NCBI RefSeq assembly: GCF_006345805.1 | Contig: NC_043014.1 | Location: 18,848,001 to 18,912,000 of the forward strand | Source of the DNA: Octopus sinensis | Lineage: Eukaryota | DNA: 64,000 bases | Reading direction: 5' to 3' | In this document: in pieces, positions 1 through 13,881 of the stretch | Numbering within the stretch: position 1 is the stretch's first letter | Layout of the letters: each line of letters opens with the position of its first letter | The notes under the pieces: generated by a model | What the model saw: only the letters and a program-made list of their open reading frames with translations | Told to the model about the DNA's origin: nothing | The model's database searches: none | Translations under genes and position numbers: made by a program

Positions 1-171
1 GGTGAAAATCTGTCAAGTAAAAACAGTACTGTACTGTATGTATATATTTTTATCATTTTTATAATTTGTTTACATTTATTTTATTATAAATGCAAAACAG
101 CACGACGGAGGAATCGACGTAAGCTTAAGTAGTAAACCGCGATAGGTGAATCGTGATATAGCGAGGGACTA

Positions 172-176
<5 letters not shown>
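1..176. mobile_element. End of a pogo/Tigger-like DNA transposon or MITE, truncated by the window edge
   Basis: Reverse complement of 133-176 reads TA-CAGTAGTCCCTCGCTATATCACGATTCACCTATCGCGGTTTACTA, a TA + CAGTAG-type terminal inverted repeat next to a (TA)n run. The partner TIR would lie upstream of the window. Confidence 0.55.
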
Positions 177-219
<43 letters not shown>

Positions 220-237
220 GTGTGTGTGTGTGCATAT

Positions 238-353
238 GTGGGTGCAGGACGTCACGAAACGTGTACAACAAAAAGATGCGAAGCACAAGTACATGGAATA
301 GGAACTATTGTTTCGAACAACGAAAGACACAAATGGAAAGCAAGACAAACAAC
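238..353. repeat. Interspersed repeat family D fragment (possibly PLE terminal-repeat derived)
   Basis: Similar to 54345-54450 (caggac..cacaaaaaa..caagacaaacaac) and to the reverse complement of 13600-13760 and 58150-58280. Embedded in TA/CA microsatellite. Confidence 0.45.
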
Positions 354-1445
354 ATATATATATATACAGGAAAAGAATGTCACTTACACCAATTTGAAAC
401 TCAGAGTCAATACTAGTTTGTGTGTATGTGTGTGTGTGTATTTGATTGTTTCTTTTGGTGGCTATGTGCTTGATCACATCATGGTAAATCTGACATTGTT
501 TGAACAAATCCGCAAAACTCTCACCTACAAAGCCAAGCAGACCAGAAACAGACAAGATCTCTGGCCACGCAATGATGCAGGTATTGTTTCGGAATTTCAT
601 TCCCCTACAGAGATATCTAGACTATGAATGGGGTTCCATCACTCCCGTCTCTTGGATCCATTGACTCTACTGAGTTCATTCGTCATTTGATAGGTTCTCT
701 TTTTGTCCTGTACGGTGTCCAACGAAAATTACCTATTTTATCAAACAGGCTTGTTAGTTACCGGCTGCCCAACAATCCAACTGATTCTACAAAGTTACAT
801 ACATAGATATATGCATATACACATAGAGACAGAGGCGCACACAAACATACACACACACGCACACACACGGACATAGGGAAAGAAAGAGAGAGCGAGAGAA
901 AGAGAGAAATTCAGAAAGAAACGCAAAGTAAAGTGTAAGGCATTCATAATCATGTACTTTGTTATCAAACAATATGTTTTCATCGAAATTAATAGGCCCC
1001 AAACACGTTCAAGATATTGTTAGAATAATGTTTGATGTTAGAAACCACCTGAAAGTGATCACAACAATGGGTTTCTATTATGTGTGCGTATGCATGCATG
1101 TAGGTATGTATATATGTATGTATTTACCTATCTTTCTATCTATCTATCTATATATCTATCTATCTATCATCCTACCCCCCCACACACATATATATATATG
1201 TCTATATATATATATATATATACATATATACATACAAATATATACATAGATAGAAATAGATACACACCTGTACGCATGCACTCTCGTGTACGCACATATA
1301 TTTTGATATATACAGATATACATTAAGCGATATATATATATGTGTGTGTGTATATATATAAATATGTATGTATGTGTGTGTGTGTACATGCATGTATATG
1401 TATGTCAGTATATATCACGAAATTGATATACACACACACACACAC

Positions 1446-1556
<111 letters not shown>

Positions 1557-1853
1557 ATATTGATATATTTTAAACATAGTGTACAGATAATACTTTGCCG
1601 AGATGAAAGGATATCAAAATGAGAGATCTTAGACCCTCTCCATTTTTTTATCTTTTCATGTCCGTTTTATATATATGTTCAAATATTGTATTAATAAAAA
1701 AGTGTAAACATATATTTGCCGTGCAATTCTAGCTTACCCATCAATAAAAGGAAATGATATTGAAATTCAATTACATATACATGCACGTATTTTTATATTC
1801 ATACAAAAGTACACAAATCTCTATATAATCATATATTCGTATATATGTATGCG

Positions 1854-1928
<75 letters not shown>

Positions 1929-2889
1929 TATATAGTCATACACAAACATATATATGAGATATTTTTCCTAGTATATTATACGTATATAATCAAATCAATA
2001 TGAAGCATTACACCTTTGTATCTCTTATATTATTCATTACAATACTTCAGACACTTTGCAAAACTGAAGTCATAACAATCTCCAATGAAGCCGGCAAGGT
2101 TGTTGTGTTTGTAATACAAAAGAATATAAAAAAAAGAAAATGTAAAGAACGTTCTGTAGACCCACAAATAGATTTTTTCTTAAGTTTAAAAGAGGTTGGA
2201 AGGAAAAAAAATGCATCGTGGAGACACTTGTATCATTTTCAATAGTTTTCAATAGGATAGCGAGTTAAAAGCTATTTCTGATATCTTCTCAATTTCTTTT
2301 TCCTTATTCCTGTCAGAAACACGCACACTCAGGTACAAAGAAACGCACACACACACACACTCGCATCCATCCATCCGCATGCACAAATGCACTGACAGGC
2401 ACAAATTCACACACACACACACACACACACATACGCACACACACGCATAATATACTCAATTCATAATTGACCGTGCTTACGCACAATACATGGCGTAGAG
2501 TTCAGTGGAAACATCGGAGACGACCTGTGATTCACACTTACATCACCGAACTTTGAAGTAATACAATCCTGACTCAAGGAATTAACTCCTAACATCCCGT
2601 CCAGTCTTTGATGATTCAAATACTGAAAAAATTAAAGAGTTTTCTCGCTGACATTGAGAATTCTACAGTTTCCTCAAAACGAATGGAAAAAAGTTGGTTC
2701 GATTGTTGTGAAATCTTGTTTCAGTACTAGGTGACTAATACAGACTCGTATGGTACTGTAGTTTACAGGAAATTAAGAGCTAGCAGAACTATTTAGATAC
2801 TAACTCATATGTTCGTTACTCTTTCACTCTCTCTTTCTCTTGTACACTTACACACTTACACACGTTCACAAAGTCACACACATTTTATT

Positions 2890-2971
<82 letters not shown>

Positions 2972-2977
2972 TATAAA

Positions 2978-3014
<37 letters not shown>

Positions 3015-3538
3015 TAGAGTGGGTGTAGCTTTGGGTGCATATGTATATGTCGTATGCGTACATACACACACATAGTCACACTGTACGAATATATTGGTAT
3101 TTTACAAAGCTAAAATTGAACTTGGTGAGGAAATAAATGTTTAAATATTTTCTCTTATTAGTTGAGATTGCAATAAAAGTGATTTAGACAATTGCATATT
3201 TCTTACTATTTATTTCTTAAACGCATCATTTTAAAATGAATTACAATTTTATCTTTGACACGAAACTATTTTAAAAAGAGAATTAGTCACAAAACCGTTG
3301 TTATCATTTCGCGAGCAGAAGACGTTTCAGTTTGTTTTATTTCTACTCTTTTCATAGCTTCATCAGAGAAGATTGCTCGTCTTTTGTTCATGGAAATATC
3401 AGTAGTGTACACAAACCGGGACTCAGCAAAATTGAGCTATCTAATAAGCATGACTGTATATGGTGACAACATATATTAATTGTTTAACTTTATGTAAATC
3501 ATATCGGTTTTGCTGACTTAATGCTAATTCGTGTAGAT

Positions 3539-4063
3539 TACCGTAAATCCTCGAGTATAGTCTACCCTTGAGTATAATACGCAGGGGCTTTTTAGGGGTC
3601 TGTACTTCTGAAAAACCTAAACCTTGTGTATAATACGCATCCCTTCTTTAACTTGAGTCATGCGTAATTAAGCCAGCAGCACCTAGTCGAACAAACACTT
3701 CCGCGCATGCGTAATACAATAATGTTTATGTTCTTAACTGTTATATGGGAATGTAAATATGTCTGCAAATTGTTTTTGTTACATGTTATTCTGTGTTCTG
3801 AATACTTTTATTTTAATAAATGTTGCTTACTGCATGTTATGGATGATTCTTTTATGACTTCATTGCTTTCGGGCTTAGCTTAAGGTATTTTCGAGCTCGA
3901 CATCACAAAATGCGTCTGAATAAACATTGCCGGACAGCAAATAGAGATTCGGACATTGCTTAGAAAATAATTTTCATTTTTAGCCTCGTATATAGTACGC
4001 ACTTGGGATTTTGACCTTTAAATTTTGGGAAAAAATGTGGATTATACTCAATGATTTACTGTA
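3539..4063. mobile_element. MITE with TA target-site duplication (Tc1/mariner-pogo superfamily)
   Basis: TA-CCGTAAATCCTCGAGTATAGTC at 3539-3562 versus reverse complement of the right end, CAGTAAATCATTGAGTATAATC, followed by TA at 4062-4063. No internal transposase ORF. Confidence 0.75.
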
Positions 4064-4516
4064 CATATAGTTAATGGTTAGTCATTTGTCGATAGAGAGG
4101 AGAGTGAAAAGAAAGGAGATCGATGGCTCATTTTCTCTCCACAGGAGATAAAACCTTTACCGCAACTACATTGTGTTTCTCATTGATTCCAAACTTGCAT
4201 AATGTAATTTCTGATGTAAGGTATAGCTTACATTAGAAATTTATCAATTAATTTACGTTGCCCACGCATAAGCTGTTATGTAAATCAAATTGACGATGTC
4301 AGTTGATCTGTAGTTTGTAAACACTATAAACAACTATAAGTTATCAATCTCTGTTCCTTATCTGATGATGTACTGTTTAGAAACGAGAAACACCATAAAA
4401 TCTCTGATGTAACGAATTTGTATACTGGTTGCTGAGAGGTTATATTTGTATGTTTATTGAAATGATATGCTTTACAAGCCATCCCGAAGCACGCAGTATA
4501 ATGCACTATTAGTTGC

Positions 4517-4602
<86 letters not shown>

Positions 4603-4627
4603 CATCCATCCATCCATCCATCCATCC

Positions 4628-4667
<40 letters not shown>

Positions 4668-4712
4668 GTTTGTCTGTTTGTCTATCTGTCTGTCAGTCTG
4701 CCGGTCTGTCTG

Positions 4713-4770
<58 letters not shown>

Positions 4771-4798
4771 CATCCATCCATCCATCCATCCATCCATC

Positions 4799-4879
<81 letters not shown>
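4517..4879. repeat. Compound (TATC)n/(TCCA)n/(TGTC)n microsatellite
   Basis: Directly visible. It produces the spurious LSIY ORFs. Confidence 0.98.
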
Positions 4880-6312
4880 ACGCATTCTCTTTCGCTTCTT
4901 GTGGAAAGGATGCGTCCCGATGGTCAGGCGATCCATTTGCTGTCAACACCCGTTAAAAGGAGGACTGGGCATGCCGTGGTTGATGATGCGCAGACACGCG
5001 CTGAGACTGCGACATCTCAGGCTCTTCGTAGACGACGGTGAACAGGTGTGGTCGCCGTTTGTGAGGCACGCTTTCCCGCAGCTCGTCTCCATGACCGAAC
5101 TGCAGTCGTGGATCAAAAAGAGGCCGAGGAAGGGCGAATGGCACCGCGAGTGTCGCGTTGCTCTCAAGCAACTCTGCCGTTCTGGGTCGACCTTGAGTGA
5201 CTTCAACACAACCAAAGCATTCTATAGGGGATTAGTGGAGGGGAGGTACGACGACGAGCTCGGGGCGAACCTGGACGTCGACGAGGAGTACCTGATCCGC
5301 CTGTGCAGGACGACTTTCGGGCAAGGGTCCATGGACAACGTCCAGAGATCCCTGGCCTGGCAGTGCTACCGAGAAGCGCTACCCGTTCGGGATAAGCTCT
5401 ACAGACACGGCTCGAGAAACACGGGGCTGACCTGCCCGAGATGCGGTCAGAGCGACGAAACCGTTCTACACGCACTCGTGCAGTGTCCAACAATTTCCGA
5501 CCTGTGGGCTTATGTCGAACAACTGCTGTCACGTGTGGGACGAGTCGGTTTATCAGCTGTCTATCGTCAATATTGTCACGCCTCCTTCCTTCAAACGGGA
5601 AGGAAGAGCTATTTTCATCATCCTTGTAGCTATGGCGAAAGAATGTATCTGGTGGACGCGTCTGAAAGGATTGGAGACAAACACTTTCCTCTCTGGTCAA
5701 TCTCTCATCAACTTCTTCAAGTACCACTTGAAAATGAAAGTGAGAATAGAGAGGCAAGTTTTGTCTAGCGAATGTTTTAAAAAAAGATGGGTGAATGTAG
5801 CAAGGATGGAACGTATGAATGACGAAGCCACCTTGAGCATAATCCTATGAACCCATGAAATTGAAAACAGAGGGTTACCCACTTGCAAACAAATGTGGTA
5901 ACATATAACAATATTGACCAAGGTTACCGTGGTCTTTTTCGTAGGCTTTTCTTCCCACGGATAAATCTTACTTGCTTTCCACTTTACACCATATATCATA
6001 ACACTGTGATACACGATCCCTATTGATCGTTTCTTTTTTCTACTTCCCCTTTTTTTCCCCTTTTTTCTTCTTTTTTCATTTCTCTTTTCTTTTGTTCCTT
6101 TTCCTTTTCTTTTTATTTATTTATTTATTTTTTATTTATATTTTTTCTTTTGTTCTTTTCTTCCCTTTTACGATCCCTCTTGATCGAAAACCTACGCCAC
6201 CTCCTTTTTTTTGTTTCTTTTGTTTTTTGTTTTTTTCATCCCCCAAAAGAAAAGCTCTACCTTGTAACTTGTCCCATCTGTGTGCAGCCCTGTGTGGCCA
6301 ATAAAGAAACTT
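4880..6312 (+). mobile_element. 5'-truncated Tx1/L1-clade non-LTR retrotransposon (ORF2 3' part plus 3' UTR)
   Basis: GC-rich island translating as [27 protein letters not shown] and a zf-RVT-like CPRCGQSDETVLHALVQC. T-rich 3' UTR, AATAAA at 6300-6305, TATC repeats on both flanks. Confidence 0.88.
4885..5850 (+). pseudogene. ORF2 C-terminal fragment (post-RT region and CCHC-type zinc finger) with one frameshift near 5560
   Basis: ORF 4899-5768 continues into ORF 5512-5850 (SIVNIVTPPSF...AKECIWWTRLKG...KKRWVNVARM) by a 1-nt frame change. Confidence 0.8.
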
Positions 6313-6337
6313 TATCTATCTATCTGTCTGTCTGTCT

Positions 6338-6369
<32 letters not shown>

Positions 6370-8358
6370 ATCTGCCCGTCTGTATGTATGAATGTATGTA
6401 TGTGTCAATATATGTTGTATATATGTATGTATGAACATATTACCGACACTAATAGAAATATCCAATTTAATATCTCTTATTGGTTTTCGCTATCTCGGTA
6501 AATTGGCAGAATAGGAAAAGCATAAAGAAAGTATTTTGGTGTCTTAGTTACAAATAATTAATGTCGTGGTTCGAAATCCTACCCGATGCAACCTTTACCT
6601 TACATTTTTCCAGTTACGATAAAATAACACCTGAATTGATACCTGATTATCTCAAAAACTGAGTAAGCAGCAACATATGCAGCAACATATGCAGCAATGT
6701 GCTTATATTAGTATGTAATATTAGAACTTATATATTTATGGCTGTGTTATGTTTCTTGACAGAACCTAAGTTCCTTTATTTTCTATCATATTCTTCACTT
6801 AATTATAAATAACCTTCTTTTGCCAAGAATACATAGTAAGTGACGGATGTCAACCGTCTTCCCCGAACAATATATTTAATAGGTGTTTTGCAACATTCTC
6901 TTGCATAAGATAAGTTCCAAGCTATACAACCATAATCTACTCCGTGATTACTAAGTTGTCAAATTGTTGGTGACGAAAGTCACAATAGTGTCTCTGACCG
7001 AACAGTACAACATATATTTTGATACAGAAGTATTTTTTATTCGTATATGCGTGCTTCTGCTACGCTCTGTATATATATATATATATGTAGGTGTTAATCA
7101 TGTAACCTTGTTCCCCCACTGTCATTTACACTATCATTGTGTAACCGGATATTACATCGAAAATCTTCATTAAGTCTCCATTAATCGTATTTCAAGATAT
7201 TGTAATTTGATTTTCAAGCTTCCTCAGACTTTTAATCATCTTTACTCGTATATACATATTTTTTCCAGATTTCTATAAATGGATATTCGTAGTGCAAAGT
7301 TCGGCAGCACAGCCAGTCAGACGTGTACTGGTCTCAAAGGATGAACGTCAGCAAACTTTATCGACAATATTAGAATATCAAAGATAAATATTGTAATATT
7401 AGAGATAAATCAACAATGCTCCGTCTTTTCAGTCGAGCCTTCTTTTCAAGTTATTTGTCAAATAGTTTCTCAAATCTTATGTCATATCTTAAGAAACAGA
7501 AAATAAAGTAGAACGATAAGGTTGTTTTTATGCCTTCGGTTGTTCAATAAATTAAGTCTATCCTTTAAATTACCGTAGGATTCAGTGTTCCACAGCCGTG
7601 TTACAATAATATATTCTATAGACCGAATAACAATGAACAGGACACAGCTGAGCTTTTGAATTACAGATAGAATCCTCTTGACGAGCTTCTACACAGTTTC
7701 CATTCAACCATTTTCCCACGTAAGAATTAGTTTGAACGAAAGTTAAAATATAAAAGAAATTTATACAAGATGCAGCAGTATTTCTTTGATACACTAAGTC
7801 TGAGAGATGAAGACCATCCTGAGTCTAAAGGAAAACTAGACACTGCGTTGCAGTCAATATTAGCACCAGGTTCTGATTAAGCACTTTAGTGTTAAACGCG
7901 TACGTTATTTCATATATAACTCGGTTTCACATATAACTCGGTTAAATATGTTTCAAGGAAGTTCTCTTTGGAAGAAAGATTCGTGCCAGAGCAATTCTTT
8001 AACAAATTTGATTCCTCCCACAGGATACGGAGGATTTGAAATCAGAAATGATCATCAGTGATCATCAGTACAGCTTCGCCCTGCCGAAACTAACGGGGCA
8101 AGAACGTGAATATCGCGTTTTTGTTATCATTCGGTACGTGAAGACGTTCGTGGTATAAAACAACCTACTTTAGACAGTTTAATCAACGTCATAGGGTTCC
8201 CTCGATGACTCGACAAATATACACTGTCTTGAGTAGGATAACATTTTTATTGTCCGTGCATTTGTACGTACGCTAGTGAACGCGACGTAAGAGGGGGTGG
8301 TCATTTTCTATCTTATATATATGCATATACATACATACATGCAAATAAAGATACATAT

Positions 8359-8419
<61 letters not shown>

Positions 8420-8422
<3 letters not shown>

Positions 8423-8647
8423 GTAATATGTGACAATTATTCGGTAGCCAAGATAAAACTCTGAGTGTCGGATGCCGAGGTGGAAATCCACACCGCCATC
8501 TGTTCAGTTATATATATTTCCACCTCGGCATCCGAGTTTTATCATGGCTACCGAATAATTTTCACATATTACATTTGCAGATAAATTCCTCAATTTACAT
8601 AATATTGAGGTCTCATTCTTTCTTTTGTAATATTACCGTTTTTACCA

Positions 8648-8648
<1 letters not shown>
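8420..8648 (+). mobile_element. Short foldback element (inverted arms plus unpaired tail), same family as 61885-62097; probably an extremely truncated PLE
   Basis: Arms 8420-8487 and 8516-8575 are reverse complements (aatgtaatatgtgacaattattcggtagcc / ggctaccgaataattttcacatattacatt). The tail gataaattcctc..gaggtctc.. recurs inverted at 61885-61950. Confidence 0.7.
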
Positions 8649-8684
<36 letters not shown>

Positions 8685-8773
8685 CGCACACCACACATAC
8701 ATGTTTACTTGTACATGTATGTTATTGTATCTTGGAATCGTAGTTTCCCAAACAAATCATGTACAGGTTACAT

Positions 8774-8775
<2 letters not shown>

Positions 8776-8838
<63 letters not shown>

Positions 8839-8925
8839 GTTATTATTATTATTATTATATTTATCGTCATTATTATTACTATTATTATTATTGTTGTTGT
8901 TGTTATTGTTATTATTATTATCTAT
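8776..8925. repeat. (ATT)n/(GTT)n microsatellite
   Basis: Directly visible. Confidence 0.95.
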
Positions 8926-9343
8926 CTAATCACCTAATTAACTGATTAATTGATCTATAGCTTGACCAATCGCCTGATCAATAAATTAGATCACTTGTGA
9001 ATGTTCTTTCAAAGCGCTCTGCAATATATTCAATGGCGTGCCCTCGTCTTCTTGAAATCTTTGTTAATCTAGACACAATGTGTCTTCCCTTGATATTTGT
9101 AACTTTGTACAAATGTGTGCGTGTGCGCGCGGGGGCGGTGTAAGTATACATACATGCTCTCATTATAAGTATGTATTTGATTATATGTGAAGATGAGTGA
9201 GTGTGTGAGTTTTTGTATTCTCGCCTGCCAAAGTGTTACACACCTGATATAATCTGCAAAGAATTTTAATCGATTGAACAAGGAGAAAAAGTTTTTTACA
9301 GTCGACAGGAATGAACCTATTCTTAGATTGGTACACAGAACTT

Positions 9344-9690
9344 CAAAGAAGCCTGTCGTATATGTGTGTGTGTATTTGTTCGTATTTATGATGTGTGTGC
9401 GTATGTGCGTATGTATGTGATGTGTTTGTAGGTGTGTATGTGTGTGTGTATGTGTGTGTATGTATGTGTGTCTGATTTCCCCCAACACCATATAACAAAC
9501 GGTACTGGTGTGTTTACGTCCGAATAAATTAGCGGTTCGCCTGATAAGAAAAAATGAATATAAGAGCGGAAGACTCAGTACAAAAATTATAACTTATTAT
9601 GACCGATTCGTTCGACTATAGTTCTGCAAGGTATTGCCCCAGCATGACCGCAGTCTAATGACTGAAACAATTAAAAAATAAAATATATGT
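9344..9690 (+). mobile_element. SINE family A, 3' portion, diverged
   Basis: aagaagcctgtcgta...ggtgtgtttacgtcc...ccagcatgaccgcagtctaatgactgaaacaa matches the full copy at 48799-49233. Confidence 0.75.
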
Positions 9691-10089
9691 TTGAGACGTG
9701 CATACACACGCATTATGTAGGTGTATCAATTGTGTTTATGTTTATATGTCTGTATGAGTGTGTGTGTGTACACAAACACACAAACATATAGAAACGTCCT
9801 TACATATATGAACACAGATGCGTGCGTATGCACACACAAACACACACACATACACACACACAAACATACACACACATATAGATATTCAGACGGTAATACG
9901 AGATGAAGATTTGCAAACAGGAAAGCACAAATCATGTCAATAAACTAACATTCATCTTCACTCCGCCATACTTAATTGAGTACTGTGCTTTAAATTGCGG
10001 CTCTCCAAGATTTTTAAGCCGATATCTACTTATATACATGTGTGCGTCTGCGTGTCTGTCTAAGTTTCTGCACATATACTCTATAAGTA

Positions 10090-10287
10090 TTTTACTTGTT
10101 TCAGTCATTTGACCATGGCCATGCTGGAGCACCGCCTTTTAGTCGAGCAAATCGACCCCAGGACTTATTTTTTGTAAGCCTAGTACTTATTCTATCGGTT
10201 TCTTTCGCCGAACCGCTAGCATCCGTTGTCAAGCGATGTTGGAGGGACAAACACAGACACAAAGATATACACACACATACATACCTA

Positions 10288-10325
<38 letters not shown>

Positions 10326-10536
10326 ATACATACATACATACATACATACATACATACATACATACATACATACGACGGGCTTCTTTCAGTTTCCGTCTAC
10401 CAAATCCACTCACAAGGCTTTAGTCGGCCCGAGGCTATAGTAGAGGACACTTGCCCAAGGTGCCACTCAGTGGGACTGAACCTGGAACCATGTGATCGGG
10501 AAGCAAGCAACTTACAATACAGCCACTCCTACGCCT
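10090..10536 (-). mobile_element. SINE family A (tRNA-derived), near full length
   Basis: Reverse complement of the 48799-49233 copy, including head aggcgtaggagtggctgtattgtaag and tail gactgaaacaagtaaaa. Confidence 0.9.
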
Positions 10537-10953
10537 ACAAAAAAAATGTTGGCGGCTGACTATGAGACACGAACTCATACCTCGGTGATTACGCGTCACC
10601 ATGCTCTGAACCAATTAAGCTAAATCGCCCAAACACATACAAAGATACATATAGAAACACGCATGCATATGTATGTCATTATACAGTTTTATTTCAAGGT
10701 TTCTTGCCTATAGAGAAAAAGCCGATTTCCAGCCTAGATCCAATGTTCCTTTATTGGAATTTCAGCAACATCTGCAGGGTATATTTGTACGTATGAAAGT
10801 ATATGTACAGATTTGTATGTTTTGTTTTATGCATGTACTCTCATGCATATTGTTGCATATTTAGACATGCTCATATATACTTGAATGATAAACTTCTGGA
10901 AAGTGTTATTAATTATCACAGTACCAGTGATGGATTGGATATATATATGTATA

Positions 10954-11008
<55 letters not shown>

Positions 11009-12232
11009 TATATAAGTATATATATAAGTGTATATATATATATATATAAGTATATGTATATGAATATATATATATATATATAGCGGGTATACACACACAT
11101 ACATATATATGTATGTGTGTGTGTATAAACACATACACACACACACATACATATATGTATATAAGGATAATGGAAAATGGAGACAAACGCTCAAAATGTT
11201 ATTTAAATCATTTATAATATAAATGATTTAAGAATCCGTATTCATCTGTGTGTGTGTGTGTTTGTGTGTGTGTGTTTTTGTGTGTGTGTGTGTTTTCATA
11301 AAACATTTATATATGTGAAACTTTTTATAAACATTTCATGTCTCTCTATATAAATATAAATATAACATACTCACTGATATATCTCTGAATGCAAGTGCGC
11401 GTGCCGACTAATTCTGTTACTTATTTCATAAACTTCATAAAATGTTATACATTAGCATTATACGCAGAATATTTTGAATTTAAGGATGAGTACCTGATAA
11501 TGATAGATGGTTTTAGGGAATGAATGAAATATGCATTAAATTATTATAGATGGTTGGGTGGGGTGTGTCTTTCAAACTTATGTTATGCTTAAAATTATAG
11601 AAGTTATTCAGCTGTGTATGTAACCAGAGCGCGAAAGTTTCTTCCTTGAATTTCTAGATTTTCGCTGTTAAATGATGCACCCCTTGCCTCGTTACTTATA
11701 ATTCTCTGCCCTGGCTACAATACTCTAGTCTTTTTGCATGAATTTCTACATTCCTATTTCTTAGGCCCCATAACATTTGTGGCAAAGATATAACACTTCT
11801 TTTATTCATATCTCTCTCGATGAAACCAAATTCTGTATATGCGAGTATTCGATCGCATTTCGGAATGTCATATCTAAGTTTTTATGGGTCTGTCTTAGTT
11901 TGTGATGTTGTTTTTTGAGATTAGTTCTTTTTCAGAGTTTCTTGTATTTAAATGATAGATTTTGGTGGATTTCTAGCTACATGATCGTTGTGGTGTGTTA
12001 GTAACATTATATTTCTTACTATAATTGAAAACAATCAACCTACATTAGGGAGGTAGCTACATGTAACTTTTACGATCTCCTGTACTGGCGTGAATGGTGG
12101 AAGAGGATATCGTCTACATACGGTTGTGGCTACAGCCGTAAACATGGAGGATTAAGCTAGCATTTTAAATAAGGAACATTTACAGATTCTAAAACTTGAA
12201 ACCTAAGGCCATGCGAAAATTCCCCACATAAA

Positions 12233-12288
<56 letters not shown>

Positions 12289-12472
12289 GTATATATATGA
12301 TATATATATATATGTATGCATATGTATATATACATATATTATTTATATATATATATAAGTATGTATATATATATATATGTACATATATACATATGTATAT
12401 GCATATAAATATATGCATACACACACACTCACACACATACACGCACACACAGACGCACACACAAACAGACGT

Positions 12473-12504
<32 letters not shown>

Positions 12505-13515
12505 CTTAGTATCCACTAGGACATCAAATGCTGTTACACACAGTTGGTTCTTCTTTGATAGCCACTAGCCTCACACACTCCAATCTAGACCAACTCCTCA
12601 CACTTCTCTCCCACGCAGCTGTAGTTTCTTAGTTAGCTTTTACCTATCTTCCTCTATTTTATATATTTCTTTGCCCAAAACTCCAGAAATACTTCTTCCA
12701 GCATCATATCTCTTCAAACATTTTTATAAGTTTCCAATAAGATCAATTTTTACTGACATGGACGTCTATTTCTTTAAAGAGAATAGTTGATTCATCAAAA
12801 GTATTTAAATGACATATTTCATAAATTCGGTAAAGATGAAACGAAAATTTGTCATGGAAACCGTTATAAAATGTATTGGTTGAATTGGTAATGTACAAAA
12901 GCAAATGGCTTGCACTATTAAAATATTTCTCTAACGTTTCACGTTCAATTGTCGGGTTATGTTTAACCTTTCATTTTCTTTCGAGATATCGAATAGAGAA
13001 ATACAAATCGCAAAGGCTTTGAACCTATGTTATAAATGAACAATTACAATAAAGATTGTTTTTACCGTAGACATAAGGACTGAAGTTCCAACAATGGGTT
13101 AGTCAACCCGAGTCACATCACATATTATTGCACACAAGTGTTTCTATACTCTTTTACACACAAAAGATTATTGGGACACATATGCATATATGTGTGTGCA
13201 TGTGTGCAGGTAAAAGAGGTTGATAAAAAAGAGTAGCTGTAAAGGATGTAATTACATAAAATACAAATAAAGAAAAAGCAATCTCTATTAGACCTATCTT
13301 TACAGTTGTTTCGAATGAATCACGTCTGGTGCTATAACTATGCATGCTGTGACATAAATGTTACGTAATAGTGTAAGTGAATGTAATAACATGAAGTTTT
13401 ATAGACCCATGAAGTGAAACCATATTATCCTAATCAGAAAATTCTGGAGATCAAAGCTAATACCGTATTACTTACATACATACATACATACATACATACA
13501 TGCATACAAACATAT

Positions 13516-13589
<74 letters not shown>

Positions 13590-13591
<2 letters not shown>

Positions 13592-13843
13592 CCTAGTAGT
13601 AGATGAAACAAAGGCGACTGAAGAAGGGGAATTTTCCTTGTATTGTATGTCCTGTACTCTATTTTTTCGTTGTTTAAAAAAATGTCCATTTCCTTGGTTT
13701 TGTGTTTATGTTTTCGTTTCTCATTGTGTTCGTCGTTTTTTTTTGGTGTCCTGTACCCAATATATGCATGTATATATACATGTAGAGGTAGGTACGTACA
13801 TATATGTATGTATATATGCATATATTTTATTTATTTATTAATT

Positions 13844-13850
<7 letters not shown>
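13590..13850. repeat. Interspersed repeat family D
   Basis: gaaacaaaggcgactgaagaaggggaattttccttg...ggtgtcctgtac...catgtagaggtaggtacgtacatat, shared with 58140-58370 and inverted at 54250-54490. Confidence 0.7.

Positions 13851-13881
<31 letters not shown>

Noticed and set aside
4362-4390. CTGATGA..GAAAC resembling a hammerhead
   Set aside because: There is no stem II pairing and no NUH plus stem I complement after GAAAC.
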